Origin: an uncultured Pseudomonadota bacterium
GTDB taxonomy: Bacteria; Myxococcota_A; Polyangia; Fen-1088
Direction: 5' to 3'
DNA length: 64,000 nt
Assembly: GCA_963725905.1 (NCBI GenBank)
Contig: CAVSAG010000003.1
Location: forward strand, 449,546 to 513,545
Shown: piece after piece, positions 28,504-37,839 of the stretch
Layout of the letters: each line of letters begins with the position of its first letter
How positions within the stretch are numbered: the stretch's first letter is position 1
The notes under the pieces: generated by a model
What the model was told of the DNA's origin: nothing
What the model saw: only the letters and a program-made list of their open reading frames with translations
The model's database searches: none
Made by a program: the position numbers and the translations under genes

Positions 28504-28956
28504 TCAGGGGCTTCCCCGCGGCGAGGCGCTCAGGGTGTAGCTGCGTCTCGCGAAGCGCGCATACTGGATGCGCGAGCTGCTCTGGTAGCGGTCGGAGATG
28601 AGCGCGAGATCGTAGACGCCGTCGTCGTAGAGACCGCCCCCGCTCTTCTCGAAGCGGAAGTATCCGTGACCGTCGGTGCTGCTGGTGCCGAGCACCTTCC
28701 CGTTCTGGGAGAGGACCACGGTCTGGAAGGTGACGGGCTGGCTGGCGGCCAAGCTCTCGACCCGCACCACCCCCACGATGATCCCCACGCCGGTCTCCGT
28801 GGGCGACGAGACCTCCGGGCGTTGGGGCATCGCCGCGAGGTCCGTGGGCGCCGCCTCGTATTGCCCGCATCCGGAAGCGGCCGCCACCGCGGCGAGGGCC
28901 ACGGCCACGACCGAGGCCACGACGGACGCCACGATCGAGCCGAGCTGCCGCTTCAC
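28504..28956 (-). CDS. Lipoprotein with carboxypeptidase-regulatory-like beta-sandwich
   Basis: Listed as 28504..29097; the GTG at 28956 gives VKRQLGSIVASVVASVVAVALAAVAAASGC. GIIVGVVRVESLAASQPVTFQTVVLSQNGKVLGTSSTDGHGYFRFE is the typical CarboxypepD_reg-type pattern. Confidence 0.6.
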   Translation of the reverse strand: MKRQLGSIVASVVASVVAVALAAVAAASGCGQYEAAPTDLAAMPQRPEVSSPTETGVGIIVGVVRVESLAASQPVTFQTVVLSQNGKVLGTSSTDGHGYFRFEKSGGGLYDDGVYDLALISDRYQSSSRIQYARFARRSYTLSASPRGSP

Positions 28957-29011
28957 GCGGCCACCGTCGCACGGCCTGCCATCCGGGTCGATGGTGGCGA
29001 TCACGAACGGA

Positions 29012-29578
29012 TCAGAACGAGTATCCCCACGCGATTCGAGCCTGCGGGCCCCACACGCCGGCCACGGGCGAAAGCTTCTCTCCTGGTTCGCAGCCATCGA
29101 TCAGATTCGAGCAGTAGCTTCCGCCGCCGAGCCCATCGGTGATCCCCACGGCTGCCAGAAACGTGATGCCCTGGGTGGAAATGAGCTGCAGCCCCGCCGC
29201 GTCGACGTTGAGCCAGACGGGGTGCCCGGTCGAATTCAGGGGGTTCGTTGGGATCGCGACCGAGAGACCCACCCCGGCAACGAACTGCACCGCTCGGTTC
29301 CCGAGCACGAGCTTGGGCATGAGGGAGAGCTGCGTCCCCGAATCTCCGATTCCGACGCCAGCCTCGATCTGAAGGACATCGCCAAAGGTGCGTGCAAAGG
29401 TGATCCCCAGCTCACCGACGACCGACGCGATGCCGAGGTCCAGGCATATCGCGTTCGGGCGAGGGGTCCGCCCGTCGCCCTCGGCGAGGGTCTGGGCGCG
29501 AGCGGCGACCGGGGCGGCCACCAGGAAGATGACCGACGCGAGAGAGAGGATTGCTACCTGCGACCGCACGGCCATCAC
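29012..29578 (-). CDS. Small outer-membrane beta-barrel-like protein
   Basis: 188 aa. Signal MMAVRSQVAILSLASVIFLVAAPVAARA. Alternating hydrophobic strands. The C-terminal ...ARIAWGYSF has the terminal aromatic typical of OMPs. Confidence 0.7.
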   Translation of the reverse strand: MMAVRSQVAILSLASVIFLVAAPVAARAQTLAEGDGRTPRPNAICLDLGIASVVGELGITFARTFGDVLQIEAGVGIGDSGTQLSLMPKLVLGNRAVQFVAGVGLSVAIPTNPLNSTGHPVWLNVDAAGLQLISTQGITFLAAVGITDGLGGGSYCSNLIDGCEPGEKLSPVAGVWGPQARIAWGYSF

Positions 29579-29678
29579 GAGAGCAATCGGCGGACCACGA
29601 CGAAGGGCCGGCGATCAGCGCTGCGTCCTGGCGAATTGGCAAACCCCCCGTTTAAAAACGAACACCGCCCGACAGTGT

Positions 29679-29699
29679 CGCGCCGATCGCGACTACATC
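29679..29699. repeat. J-box repeat, truncated copy 1
   Basis: cgcgccgatcgcgactacatc is identical to the first 21 nt of the copy at 35007. The copy at 42561 starts at ccgatcgcgactacatc. Confidence 0.8.
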
Positions 29700-29902
29700 C
29701 GTCGGCCGACGCCGTATCGGGGACCAATCTTCGGTCTATTCGACCCCACCGTCGATCTGCGAAAGCTCCGGGTCGACGGCTTCCCGCCCGAGCTGGGTTT
29801 TCCTGCGTACGAGAAGAACCAAGCAGAGTTCAGTTGTGAGCTCGAAGACGAATGGGACGTGGCGATGCTGCTGCGCCTCGTTTTCCACGAGACCTGACAA
29901 CC

Positions 29903-30301
29903 TCAGCGGCGAATGATGGCGTCGAGATCGGCGCGAACGTCCCTTAAGTCTACGCCCTCGCCGCGATCGAGCGCTCTCCGAGTCCGCCCCTGGACGCTTC
30001 AGACGCGGACGAGCTCGAAGTCTGATCCCGTCTGCTTCTTTCCTGTCCACCGCTCGGTCCCGAGCGCATCGTCGAGCTCGTCCTCGACGTCAAACAACCA
30101 ATCTGGCGTTTTCGAGCAAGTCGGCAGGCCGCACCACTCGGATTGACCGTGAGCGCACAATCCCTCTTCGAGGCCCCCCGGCGCGTCGGGCACGGGCCTT
30201 GCTGCGATCACCGCCGATCGTGATTCGACATCGGCTTTGGTTCGTGGTGCTCGTGGGCTTCCTCGTCCTCCCCCTCGTAGCCTGTTCGGGCTCGGGAGCA
30301 C
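29903..30301 (-). pseudogene. Degenerate antitoxin-like gene with an in-frame TGA before a conserved ParD-like tail
   Basis: The listed ORF 29999..30301 ends ...SDFELVRV*. The same frame then continues SVQGRTRRALDRGEGVDLRDVRADLDAIIRR*. That 23-aa tail is nearly identical to the tail of the antitoxin at 38127..38342. No toxin gene follows. Confidence 0.4.
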
Positions 30302-30392
30302 GGGGAAGCGGCGGACCCGGTGGAGGCGCCGGTGCCGTTTGGCGACAGCCGTCGGTCAGTCTCACCCGTCCGGTGAGCGATGAAGGACTCGT

Positions 30393-31259
30393 TCAAGCCG
30401 CGGGAACATCGAGAGAGGGCGCTGGAGGCGCGGGCGGCTCTTGCCTCGACCGCCTTTCTGCCTGCCGGGCGTTGATCATGAACGCGATGGCACCGGCGGG
30501 AATTGAAAACGACAGAATCCATGGGCTGACGAGGCCGTCGTGCGCCGCGGAGAGACCGAAGAGTTGAACGGTGAGCGCCTGGATCGCGACGGCGCCGGTG
30601 ATCCAGTTGACCGACAATTTGAAAGGGCACGCCAGGGCGATCGCGAGCAACCACCACCACTTTCGCTTCGTGATGTGCCGCCGGCGAAACCATGACACCA
30701 GCGCGGCCACGATCGTTGCCGCGACCGCGATCATCGCGAGGATGAACGCATACTGGACGAGCCCCATGTTGCCGAGTGAGAAGGCGTTGAGCACCTCAAG
30801 GGAGACCGACAGAGCCTTCGCGTGCAAGCCCACAATTCGACGGTCTCCCTCGTCTACCCGACGCAAGACAACGTCGGTGACCACGTAGGCGCCGTCGTAT
30901 GTCGACTCGAACGTCACGTTGCTCATCTCGGTGGTCGAGCCACGGACCATCTTCACGAAACTGGTCCGATAACCAACGAGGCGAACGCCGATCGGGGCGC
31001 CCTGAGGGAACTGCGCCGCAAGGAGCTTAAGACTACTTTCGGGATCAGGAGTTCGCTGGGACTCGTCCAGACGAGCGGCGATCGCCACGATATCTCCGCG
31101 CGCGAGACTGTCGGTGATCTGTCGCGCTTCGACGGCGTCCGGGCGATTCGCAAACCTGGCGAGGTCTGGTGCGCCACAGCCTGCAAGCCCGCTCATCGCC
31201 AGCAGGAGCACCATTTTCATTGCTCGCGAGGGTCGTGCGACGAACATCCGAGAAATCAT
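30393..31259 (-). CDS. Lipoprotein/membrane protein (hypothetical)
   Basis: 288 aa. MKMVLLLAMSGLAGC lipobox (an internal Met may be the true start), a periplasmic domain, three or four C-terminal TM helices, and a Pro-rich tail. Its last ~25 codons are duplicated at 35053-35131. Confidence 0.7.
   Translation of the reverse strand: MISRMFVARPSRAMKMVLLLAMSGLAGCGAPDLARFANRPDAVEARQITDSLARGDIVAIAARLDESQRTPDPESSLKLLAAQFPQGAPIGVRLVGYRTSFVKMVRGSTTEMSNVTFESTYDGAYVVTDVVLRRVDEGDRRIVGLHAKALSVSLEVLNAFSLGNMGLVQYAFILAMIAVAATIVAALVSWFRRRHITKRKWWWLLAIALACPFKLSVNWITGAVAIQALTVQLFGLSAAHDGLVSPWILSFSIPAGAIAFMINARQAERRSRQEPPAPPAPSLDVPAA
30424..30499. repeat. 76-nt dispersed repeat, copy A (3' end of the 30393..31259 gene)
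   Basis: ggaggcgcgggcggctcttgcctcgaccgcctttctgcctgccgggcgttgatcatgaacgcgatggcaccggcgg matches 35053-35131 with about 4 differences. Confidence 0.85.
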
Positions 31260-31304
31260 AGTCCAGTGGAGGTGCCCCGGTCGATAACGCCCTGGGCCGC
31301 GGCA

Positions 31305-31913
31305 CTAGTCGCTACAGAAGGTCGCGCCCCAGACACCACACTCGCACACCATGGCCCCCCAGCTGCAGGCTTCCCCCCACTCTTGGCATCCGCCGTCCAT
31401 GGCGCAGGGCGTTCCGGCCCGGGGGCGCGTGGCCGGACAGTCATTCGGCCTGGCGGCGCACTCAAGGCCTCCGCCGCCGCACAGGCAGTTTCCTTCGGGA
31501 TAGACGCACTCGTACGACGGACCGGGCTGACAGCTGACGATCGCGTCCGGCGAGTCGGGGAAGGTCGGCGGGCAGGCGGGCTGTGGGGTCGGGCAGCCGC
31601 TCGCCGGGTCGGTGGCTGGCTGCTGCACACTCCAGCCGCTCGCCGTGCAGGTCGCGAGCGTATTGCAACTCCAGCGCGGGTCGTCCCCGTACTCGCAGGG
31701 ACTCGCGGTCAGCCCGCACGGCAGACCCTGAGCCGGGACCGTGAGCGGACAGGCGGAGGTGATGTAGCAGCCACCTTGCCCTGGAGTCCCCGCCGCGCCG
31801 GAGTCGGGCTGCGGGCGGAGACCGCCTGCCGGCGTCAGATTCTGCGCCTGACACCCCGCCCAAAGCGCCAGCGCCAGGGTAGCGCCTACCCGCAGCCACT
31901 CCCGAGACCTCAC
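31305..31913 (-). CDS. Cys-rich lipoprotein (hypothetical)
   Basis: 202 aa. Signal MRSREWLRVGATLALALWAGC. About 26 Cys in patterns such as CPTPQPACPP, CVYPEGNCLCGGGGLEC and CECGVWGATFC. Confidence 0.7.
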   Translation of the reverse strand: MRSREWLRVGATLALALWAGCQAQNLTPAGGLRPQPDSGAAGTPGQGGCYITSACPLTVPAQGLPCGLTASPCEYGDDPRWSCNTLATCTASGWSVQQPATDPASGCPTPQPACPPTFPDSPDAIVSCQPGPSYECVYPEGNCLCGGGGLECAARPNDCPATRPRAGTPCAMDGGCQEWGEACSWGAMVCECGVWGATFCSD

Positions 31914-32014
31914 CCCTCAACTATCGGAGGAATGGCGGCGGCAAGCAATCAGGGTCGCGATTCCGTCGCGTCCACGCACGCGGCCCGCTAGGGAACTGGT
32001 CCTTCGGCCACAGC

Positions 32015-32845
32015 GTGATGATCAGACTACGCTTCTATATGATGGGGGGCGGCGTGCAGCTTCGGCGTCTCCCATCCTTTGCGTTGCTCGCGCTCGCCGC
32101 GTGCGCCGGTAAGGCGCCTTCCGGTGCTGTTACGCCTCCACTCGCAAAGCCCGCCGCGCCGGTCGATGGCGGACGTGCACTCCCGAACCAGACCGACGTC
32201 AGTAGGGTAATCGGCGAAAATCGCGCCGACATCAGGACATGCTACCAACAGGCACTCCAACGAGACGACAGGCTCACCCACGGCAAGATTACGGTGAAGG
32301 TCACGATCGAGACCTCGGGGCAGGTCAAGAACGTCGAGATCCAAGGCCCACCGCAGTTTCAGTTGCTGCAGCCTTGCATCAAAGAGCGCATCGGCCTTTG
32401 GTCCTTTCCCCAATTCTCCGAACAATATGGAGCCGAGTTCGTCTACGTCTTTCGCGGGAATGAGGACCCGATCGCTGCAACCGAGACGGCGAAGGCAGCC
32501 AGGTCTGACCCCGAATTGGATCCACGCGCGGTCGCCCAGGTCGTCCGTTCGCAGCTGCCGAAGGTGAAGGAGTGCTGGACCAGGTCACTCAAGACAAACC
32601 CGACGCTTGCCGGGCGGGTCGTCATGCACTGGACGATCGACGCCGACGGACTCCCGTTTAACATCAGTGTCGAGTCCAACTCAATGCAGCCGTCGGCGGT
32701 GCCCGATTGCGTCCGGGCCCTCATCGAAGCGTGGCGCTTCCCGAAACCGTCGGGCGGTAAGGTAGAGGTCGCGTTTCCTTTTGTTTTTCGGCTGGACGAC
32801 GGCTCGGTGGAACCTCGCTCCGGAGGCGAGCAGACCCCGCGCTAG
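32015..32845 (+). CDS. Exported protein with two tandem AgmX/PglI C-terminal-type domains
   Basis: 276 aa. Signal LRRLPSFALLALAAC. Domain 1: IGENRADIRTCYQQAL...GKITVKVTIETSGQVKNVEI...CIKERIGLWSFPQ. Domain 2: VRSQLPKVKECWTRSLKTNPTLAGRVVMHWTIDADGLPFNISVESNSMQPSAVPDCVRALIEAWRFPKPSGGKVEVAFPFVF, about two-thirds identical by eye to the 28040 protein. Confidence 0.75.
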   Translation: MMIRLRFYMMGGGVQLRRLPSFALLALAACAGKAPSGAVTPPLAKPAAPVDGGRALPNQTDVSRVIGENRADIRTCYQQALQRDDRLTHGKITVKVTIETSGQVKNVEIQGPPQFQLLQPCIKERIGLWSFPQFSEQYGAEFVYVFRGNEDPIAATETAKAARSDPELDPRAVAQVVRSQLPKVKECWTRSLKTNPTLAGRVVMHWTIDADGLPFNISVESNSMQPSAVPDCVRALIEAWRFPKPSGGKVEVAFPFVFRLDDGSVEPRSGGEQTPR

Positions 32846-32938
32846 ACGGGCGCTAGACGTGCGGTCAATGTGTCAAGCCTTCCGTCGTCCAACCTTGAGG
32901 GAAATAGGTCGAGGTTGTGAGAACATTGCGGCGAAGCC

Positions 32939-33454
32939 GTGCATCGTTACTTCGTAGTCGCACTCTTCGCTGGCGTTGTGTCGATCGGATGCGCGTCCAG
33001 TCAGCCGGTCGCGGTCGTCGACATGTCGCGCGCGCTGCGAGAGTGCCGCGAGGGCCGCGCCGCGATCTCCGACCTCCACGGTGTCTACGTGACCTATCAA
33101 GCGCAACTCGACCAGCGTCAGGTGGCGCTCAAGCTCGCCCTCGAGAGGATGAAGGCCGAACGCGAGCGAGGTTTGCCTGTTGCGGCGGAGCGCGAGGCCG
33201 CTGCCCGCCGGGAAATGCAGGAGCTGGAGGCCGAATACCTGCAGCTGCAGAAACAGCTCTCGGACGAGGAGCGTCGGCGCGCGGCGCCAATCCAAGCGCG
33301 TCTCGAGGTGACGCTCAGCAAGCTGGCCGAGACTCGCCGGCTGGGCACGGTCAAGAGGGTCGGCTCGTTCGTTCCGGGAGTCGATCGAGAGCTCGACATC
33401 ACACCGGATCTGATCCAGGCCATGGACGCAGCAACTCCGCCCGCCAAGCCCTAG
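32939..33454 (+). CDS. OmpH/Skp-like periplasmic chaperone lipoprotein
   Basis: 171 aa. MHRYFVVALFAGVVSIGC lipobox. VAVVDMSRALRECREG..., a long coiled-coil (LEAEYLQLQKQLSDEERRR) and a C-terminal ITPDLIQAMD. This is the Skp family architecture. Confidence 0.65.
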   Translation: MHRYFVVALFAGVVSIGCASSQPVAVVDMSRALRECREGRAAISDLHGVYVTYQAQLDQRQVALKLALERMKAERERGLPVAAEREAAARREMQELEAEYLQLQKQLSDEERRRAAPIQARLEVTLSKLAETRRLGTVKRVGSFVPGVDRELDITPDLIQAMDAATPPAKP

Positions 33455-33555
33455 ACCCGCCATCGAAGGGGTCGCCACTGAGCCGCCGTTCGTAAACAAT
33501 GAAGACATGAGATAGTTCGTTTCGGTCCGCGACTAACGTCAAACCAGGGAGCGCC

Positions 33556-34977
33556 ATGCGCCGATTCAGTCTCCGTTTCCCCGTGGCATTTGCGATGGCG
33601 CTCGGCGCTTGCGGATCGTCCGGCGGAGGCGGCGCTGGTGGAAGCGCCGGCGGCGGAGCCGGGGGGACCGCGGTTGGCGCTGGCGGAGCAACGGGCGGCG
33701 CGAGTGGGCGCGCCGGTGGCGGAGCCGGGGGGACCACCGTTGGCACCGGTGGAACAGCGGGCGGCGCTGGTGCCGTCGCTGGTCATGGTGGCTCGGGCGG
33801 CGGCGGCGCGGGCGCCGGCGGCGGAACTGCTGGCTCCCCGGGTGGAACGACCGGTGGCGCGGGCGGTGGCGCGGGCGCGGCGGGCAAGGGGGGCGGGTCA
33901 GGTGGCGCGAGCGCCACGGGTGGCGGGGGCGCGGCGGGCAAGGGGGGCGCGTCGGGTGCCTCGGGAGGCGTGGGTGGCCGCAACACGGGCGCAGCGGGCG
34001 GCGCGGGCACGTCGGGGGCCGCTGGTTCGACAGGAAGCGCCGGCGCGCCGGGGACGGGTGGCACCTGGCCGCCAGCGCTCAAGGAATTCCCGCTCAGTCA
34101 CTCGGACGCCGCGGCCTGCAACTTGGTTGCGGGGCCCGACGGCAACATCTGGTTCGCCGAATATCACCGCAGCAACATCGGCCGCATCACGCCTGCGGGC
34201 GTGATCACCGAGTTTCCCACGCCCAAGATCAGCAGTGGCCCTTGCGAGATGACGGTCGGCTCGGACGGCGCCCTCTGGTACATCGAGGTGGCTGGGATCG
34301 GGAGAGTGACCGTCGCCGGATCGTTCACCGAGTATCCGACCACCTATCGACCGCGGTCCATCACCGCGGGGCCTGACGGCAATCTTTGGTTCATCGAGGG
34401 AACCGACGTGAACGACGTGGACGCCAACGCGATCGCCGCCATGTCGGTCGCGGGGACGATCGTGGCCGAATACCCGATCCCCACCGCCAATGCGGACGCG
34501 ACGAGCATCACCACCGGGCCCGACGGCAATCTCTGGTTCACCGAGGAGTACTTCACCGCGAACCAGCTCGGGCGCCTCACGCCCGCGGGCGTCTTCACGG
34601 AGTTTCCGCTGCCCATCGCCGAGGTGCAGTCGGATTGGATCATCGCCGGGCTCGGGCAGACGCTGCTGTACTCCGAGTCGGAGTTCATGCCGAACATCCA
34701 AGACTGGGTCGGCCAGATCACGACCGGCGGGGCGTATTCGCAGACGCTCGTCCCGACCATCCAGGGGGGCGTCGCACGCCTCGCGGTGGGGCCCGACGGC
34801 AACATCTGGTTCACGCAGTACCTCGGCAACAACGTCTACCGGATGACGTCCTCGGGGACCTTGTCGCTCGCGTTCAACCGGAACGCCACCTATCCGCAGG
34901 ACATCGTCGGCGGTCCGGACGGCAACATCTGGTTCGTCGAGTCCTACACCGGCGTGATCGCCCGGCTGACGCTCTGA
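33556..34977 (+). CDS. Lipoprotein with Vgb-like beta-propeller repeats
   Basis: 473 aa. MRRFSLRFPVAFAMALGAC, a ~170-aa Gly-rich linker, then about 7 repeats of GPDGN(I/L)WF.E.....IGR(I/L)TP.G..TE(F/Y)P. Confidence 0.8.
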   Translation: MRRFSLRFPVAFAMALGACGSSGGGGAGGSAGGGAGGTAVGAGGATGGASGRAGGGAGGTTVGTGGTAGGAGAVAGHGGSGGGGAGAGGGTAGSPGGTTGGAGGGAGAAGKGGGSGGASATGGGGAAGKGGASGASGGVGGRNTGAAGGAGTSGAAGSTGSAGAPGTGGTWPPALKEFPLSHSDAAACNLVAGPDGNIWFAEYHRSNIGRITPAGVITEFPTPKISSGPCEMTVGSDGALWYIEVAGIGRVTVAGSFTEYPTTYRPRSITAGPDGNLWFIEGTDVNDVDANAIAAMSVAGTIVAEYPIPTANADATSITTGPDGNLWFTEEYFTANQLGRLTPAGVFTEFPLPIAEVQSDWIIAGLGQTLLYSESEFMPNIQDWVGQITTGGAYSQTLVPTIQGGVARLAVGPDGNIWFTQYLGNNVYRMTSSGTLSLAFNRNATYPQDIVGGPDGNIWFVESYTGVIARLTL

Positions 34978-35006
34978 CCTGTGACCGCGAGCTGGACGAC
35001 GCGTGG

Positions 35007-35131
35007 CGCGCCGATCGCGACTACATCATCGCCGACACGAACGGCTCCGCCCGGAGGCGGCGCGGGCGGCTCTTGCCTCGACCGCTTTTCTGACTGCCGG
35101 GCGTTGATCATGAACGCGATGGCACCGGCGG
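35007..35131. repeat. Composite repeat: J-box copy 2 (35007-35051) followed by copy B of the 76-nt repeat (35053-35131)
   Basis: cgcgccgatcgcgactacatcatcgccgacacgaacggctccgcc matches 42561-42601 with 1 mismatch. The following ggaggcggcgcgggcggctcttgcctcgaccgcttttctgactgccgggcgttgatcatgaacgcgatggcaccggcgg matches 30424-30499. No intact ORF covers it. Confidence 0.85.
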
Positions 35132-35243
35132 AGGGGGTGGGGGCCGGACCCGGCCGAGTCCCTTAGGGTCGGCGCGACCTTGGTCAGGAACGGGCCTTCC
35201 GCGGCCAAGCCAGGTCGGATCGACTCTGACCTATAGTTATCCG

Positions 35244-36953
35244 GTGAACAGGCCATGGCTCGCCCGGTCGGCGACGTGGTGTTGGTGTGTCTCGACACTG
35301 GCCGTCGCGCTCGTCGTTCAGCCGGCGTTTGCCGAAACGCCCGAACCTCATCCCACCGATGCCTGGGTTGACGACTGCCTCGACCGGATCGAATGGAGCG
35401 ATCCGGCCAGCTTTGCAGGTGAGTGTGTTCGACTGGCGCAGGAGGAGAAGCGATTCGGCGATGTCCTCGTCGCGTTTCTTCCACGCCGGCAGGAGGTGCG
35501 CGTCGCGGCGACGAAGAGCCTCGGCAAGAGATACGAGCAGTGCGTCCTGAACGCCCTCGGTAGCAAAGCCTGCCTTCTTCACCCACCTGCGAGAGCCGAC
35601 GCCTTCGAGTGGACTCGCCTCTACGACCTCCAGATCGGCAAGGCGGTGCCCAATCTCCCCGAGGCTCATCGGCTGAGCGAGGCCTGGGCGGCCGACAGGA
35701 ATGCCTCGTTCTGGACGCGCCAAGGGGCCCGAGCGGCTCTACGAAAGTTGTTGCCGGAGGACATGACGGTCGAGGCGAATGGGTGTCTGAGACAGCCCGC
35801 GACCGCCGCCTTGGGTAGCGCGCTGACGTCCTGGCTTTCAGGAGCGGGGAGAGCGGTACCGCCGATTTGGCGCCAGCCACTGGACGCCATTGTCGGGGAC
35901 GGCATTCGACACGACGAATGGGTTCGGATAGGGCCGAATCTCCTGGTGAACCTCGTCACCCGCAGTTGGTCCGGGTCCGAGCCGCCGGAAGATCTTCGAG
36001 AGATCCTGGAGCCCAGGAGCTCCCTCCAGGGGACCACCCTCTGTCTGCGGCCGATCGATGCTGCTGCCGAGGCTGGGATTCACGCTCGCATGAACGCCGT
36101 GGGAAGAGGGTGGCAAGGGAGCTTTGACGATGTACTGATGAACCCGACGGTGGCTCTCCCCGCCGATCGACGCTACCGTGACCTCGCACTGCCCGACCGG
36201 GCCATCTGCGGTGTCGACGAGGCAGGTGCCTTGTTCTGCGCTGGCTCTCGCGCCGTTGCCCCGGCGTTGACAGGGCGGTTCGTGGAGATCGCGGCAGCGG
36301 GACGGCGTGTCTGCGCAAGATCGGGGGACGGGGCGTTCTCCTGTCAGGCAGAAGGCCGAGCGATCGAGGTCGCTCCACCCGGGGTCTACAAGACCATGTC
36401 CACATCCGCGGATCGGACGTGCGGCGTGAAGTCCGATGGAGCCCTTTCGTGTTGGATGTTCACCGGCGGCTCAGAGCCGACCCCCCCCGGCCATTTCGTC
36501 AGCCTCGCGCCCAATGGTGGTCGCTGTGCGCTCCGAGACGATGGCCACGCCATCTGCTGGAGCACGAACGCCCAGCTCCGGGTCAGTGCCTGGGACGTGG
36601 CCGGCGACGTGGTCTCGGTGGATGGCGCCCCGGTCGGCGGGTGCATCGTCCGGAAGGATGGCAGCGCATCCTGTTGGTCCAGAGGCAGAGTCCTCAAGCC
36701 CGTAGCGGCAGACGCGCCTCTTCGACAGATCTCCATGGGAAGCGATGCCTCATGGTGCGGAGTCACGACACACAGTGACGTCCTTTGTTCGGAGGGCGGG
36801 GGTTCCGCGACGCTTCATCGGGGCGCCTTCCGTCGCGTCGTCAAGGGGCCGGGAAATGCCTGCGCGCTGGCCGAGGCCGGCGCCGTCAGTTGCTGGGGCT
36901 CGTTCTGGCCCTGGGCCGCGATGGGAAGCTCATCTCAACTGGGGCTGCACTAG
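35244..36953 (+). CDS. Exported protein with C-terminal RCC1-like repeats (hypothetical)
   Basis: 569 aa. GTG start; signal VNRPWLARSATWCWCVSTLAVALVVQPAFA. The C-terminal ~270 aa contains a recurring C(G/A)v..DG...CW pattern (ICGVDEAGALFCAG, TCGVKSDGALSCW, RCALRDDGHAICW, GCIVRKDGSASCW, ACALAEAGAVSCWG). Confidence 0.7.
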   Translation: MNRPWLARSATWCWCVSTLAVALVVQPAFAETPEPHPTDAWVDDCLDRIEWSDPASFAGECVRLAQEEKRFGDVLVAFLPRRQEVRVAATKSLGKRYEQCVLNALGSKACLLHPPARADAFEWTRLYDLQIGKAVPNLPEAHRLSEAWAADRNASFWTRQGARAALRKLLPEDMTVEANGCLRQPATAALGSALTSWLSGAGRAVPPIWRQPLDAIVGDGIRHDEWVRIGPNLLVNLVTRSWSGSEPPEDLREILEPRSSLQGTTLCLRPIDAAAEAGIHARMNAVGRGWQGSFDDVLMNPTVALPADRRYRDLALPDRAICGVDEAGALFCAGSRAVAPALTGRFVEIAAAGRRVCARSGDGAFSCQAEGRAIEVAPPGVYKTMSTSADRTCGVKSDGALSCWMFTGGSEPTPPGHFVSLAPNGGRCALRDDGHAICWSTNAQLRVSAWDVAGDVVSVDGAPVGGCIVRKDGSASCWSRGRVLKPVAADAPLRQISMGSDASWCGVTTHSDVLCSEGGGSATLHRGAFRRVVKGPGNACALAEAGAVSCWGSFWPWAAMGSSSQLGLH

Positions 36954-36985
36954 AACGCGGAGACGCCACCCCGACGGCCTGGCGT

Positions 36986-37025
36986 GCGTCTGCCTGCTCG
37001 CCGACGCGGCGGCGCGCGCGCACGG
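36986..37025. repeat. R-family repeat, copy 1
   Basis: gcgtctgcctgctcgccgacgcggcggcgcgcgcgcacgg has 1 mismatch to 37800-37839. It sits 34 nt upstream of the 37059 lipoprotein gene. Confidence 0.8.
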
Positions 37026-37058
37026 GATCCGCGCCACCCGGATGTTCAGTCGACTACT

Positions 37059-37412
37059 ATGGTCTCGATGAGCTCGCGCACACTGGCGTTCGCGCTGCTC
37101 GTTGCGACGGCCGCCGGGTGCGCGCACGTGGAAGCGACTCGCCTGCGGATCCGCTGTTGCATCGAACGCGACAAGCCGGACGGCACCTGCGACGAAACCC
37201 GCAACGCTCCAGTCCTCCTGGACGGCGCGGCCGCCGGTGTGTGCCGGGACTGGGGAGGCGAGGGACGGATCACGACCGCCGAGGGCCACCAAATTCGCGT
37301 CAACTCGGGGGGCGCCGCTGACTCGTGCTGCATGTCGTCCGAGGTCTACGTCGAAGTCCCCGCCGGGAAACGAACCGACGTTCGCGTTTATCTTTCGCTG
37401 TACCCGGACTGA
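37059..37412 (+). CDS. Small Cys-rich lipoprotein (paralog of 41491..41838)
   Basis: ATG at 37059 inside the listed 36984..37412 ORF. MVSMSSRTLAFALLVATAAGCAH...RIRCC...VLLDGAAAGVC.DWGG...SCC...VEVPAGKRTDVRVYLSLYPD. About 45% identical by eye to the 41491 product. Confidence 0.7.
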   Translation: MVSMSSRTLAFALLVATAAGCAHVEATRLRIRCCIERDKPDGTCDETRNAPVLLDGAAAGVCRDWGGEGRITTAEGHQIRVNSGGAADSCCMSSEVYVEVPAGKRTDVRVYLSLYPD

Positions 37413-37767
37413 CGCCTCGATGGGTCTACAGCCGATGGTGACCCCCGCCGAGACCACCGCCGCCTTTCTGCTCGCGCGCGTGCGGGCGGCGCGCGGGGCG
37501 GCGTGGGACGAGGGGCGCGGTCGCGTGCCGGCGCCGGCGCCGCCGTCCGGCCCGGCGTTGCGGACGTTCGCCTCACTCGGGAACCCTGGGAGGGTTCCCG
37601 AACCCTCCCGCGACGGACGCCGCCGGGCAAAGCCCGGCTACGTCCACGCGCCGAGCGGCGCGTCCGCGGCGTCCCCGAGGCGGTGGTCCGCGGCCTGCCC
37701 GCCTGGGACCGCGGCGAGCGGACGATCGACGCTGGGACCTCCTCTTCGAGGTCCCCCCGGCGCGCCG

Positions 37768-37839
37768 GGTGCTCGCCCTCCAGGCGCGCGGGCGGCGCTG
37801 CGTCTGCCTGCTCGACGACGCGGCGGCGCGCGCGCACGG
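37768..37839. repeat. R-family repeat, copy 2 (full-length hybrid)
   Basis: gtgctcgccc..gcgcgcgggcggcgctgcgtctgcctgctcgacgacgcggcggcgcgcgcgcacgg. The 5' half matches copy 4 (41420-41455) and the 3' half matches copy 1. It ends 4 nt from the ParE stop codon. Confidence 0.8.

Noticed and set aside
35184-35723. A 179-aa minus-strand ORF with fairly normal composition.
   Set aside because: It lies entirely antisense to the 5' part of the 569-aa exported RCC1-like gene, which has a signal peptide and a repeat architecture. It has no signal or start context of its own.
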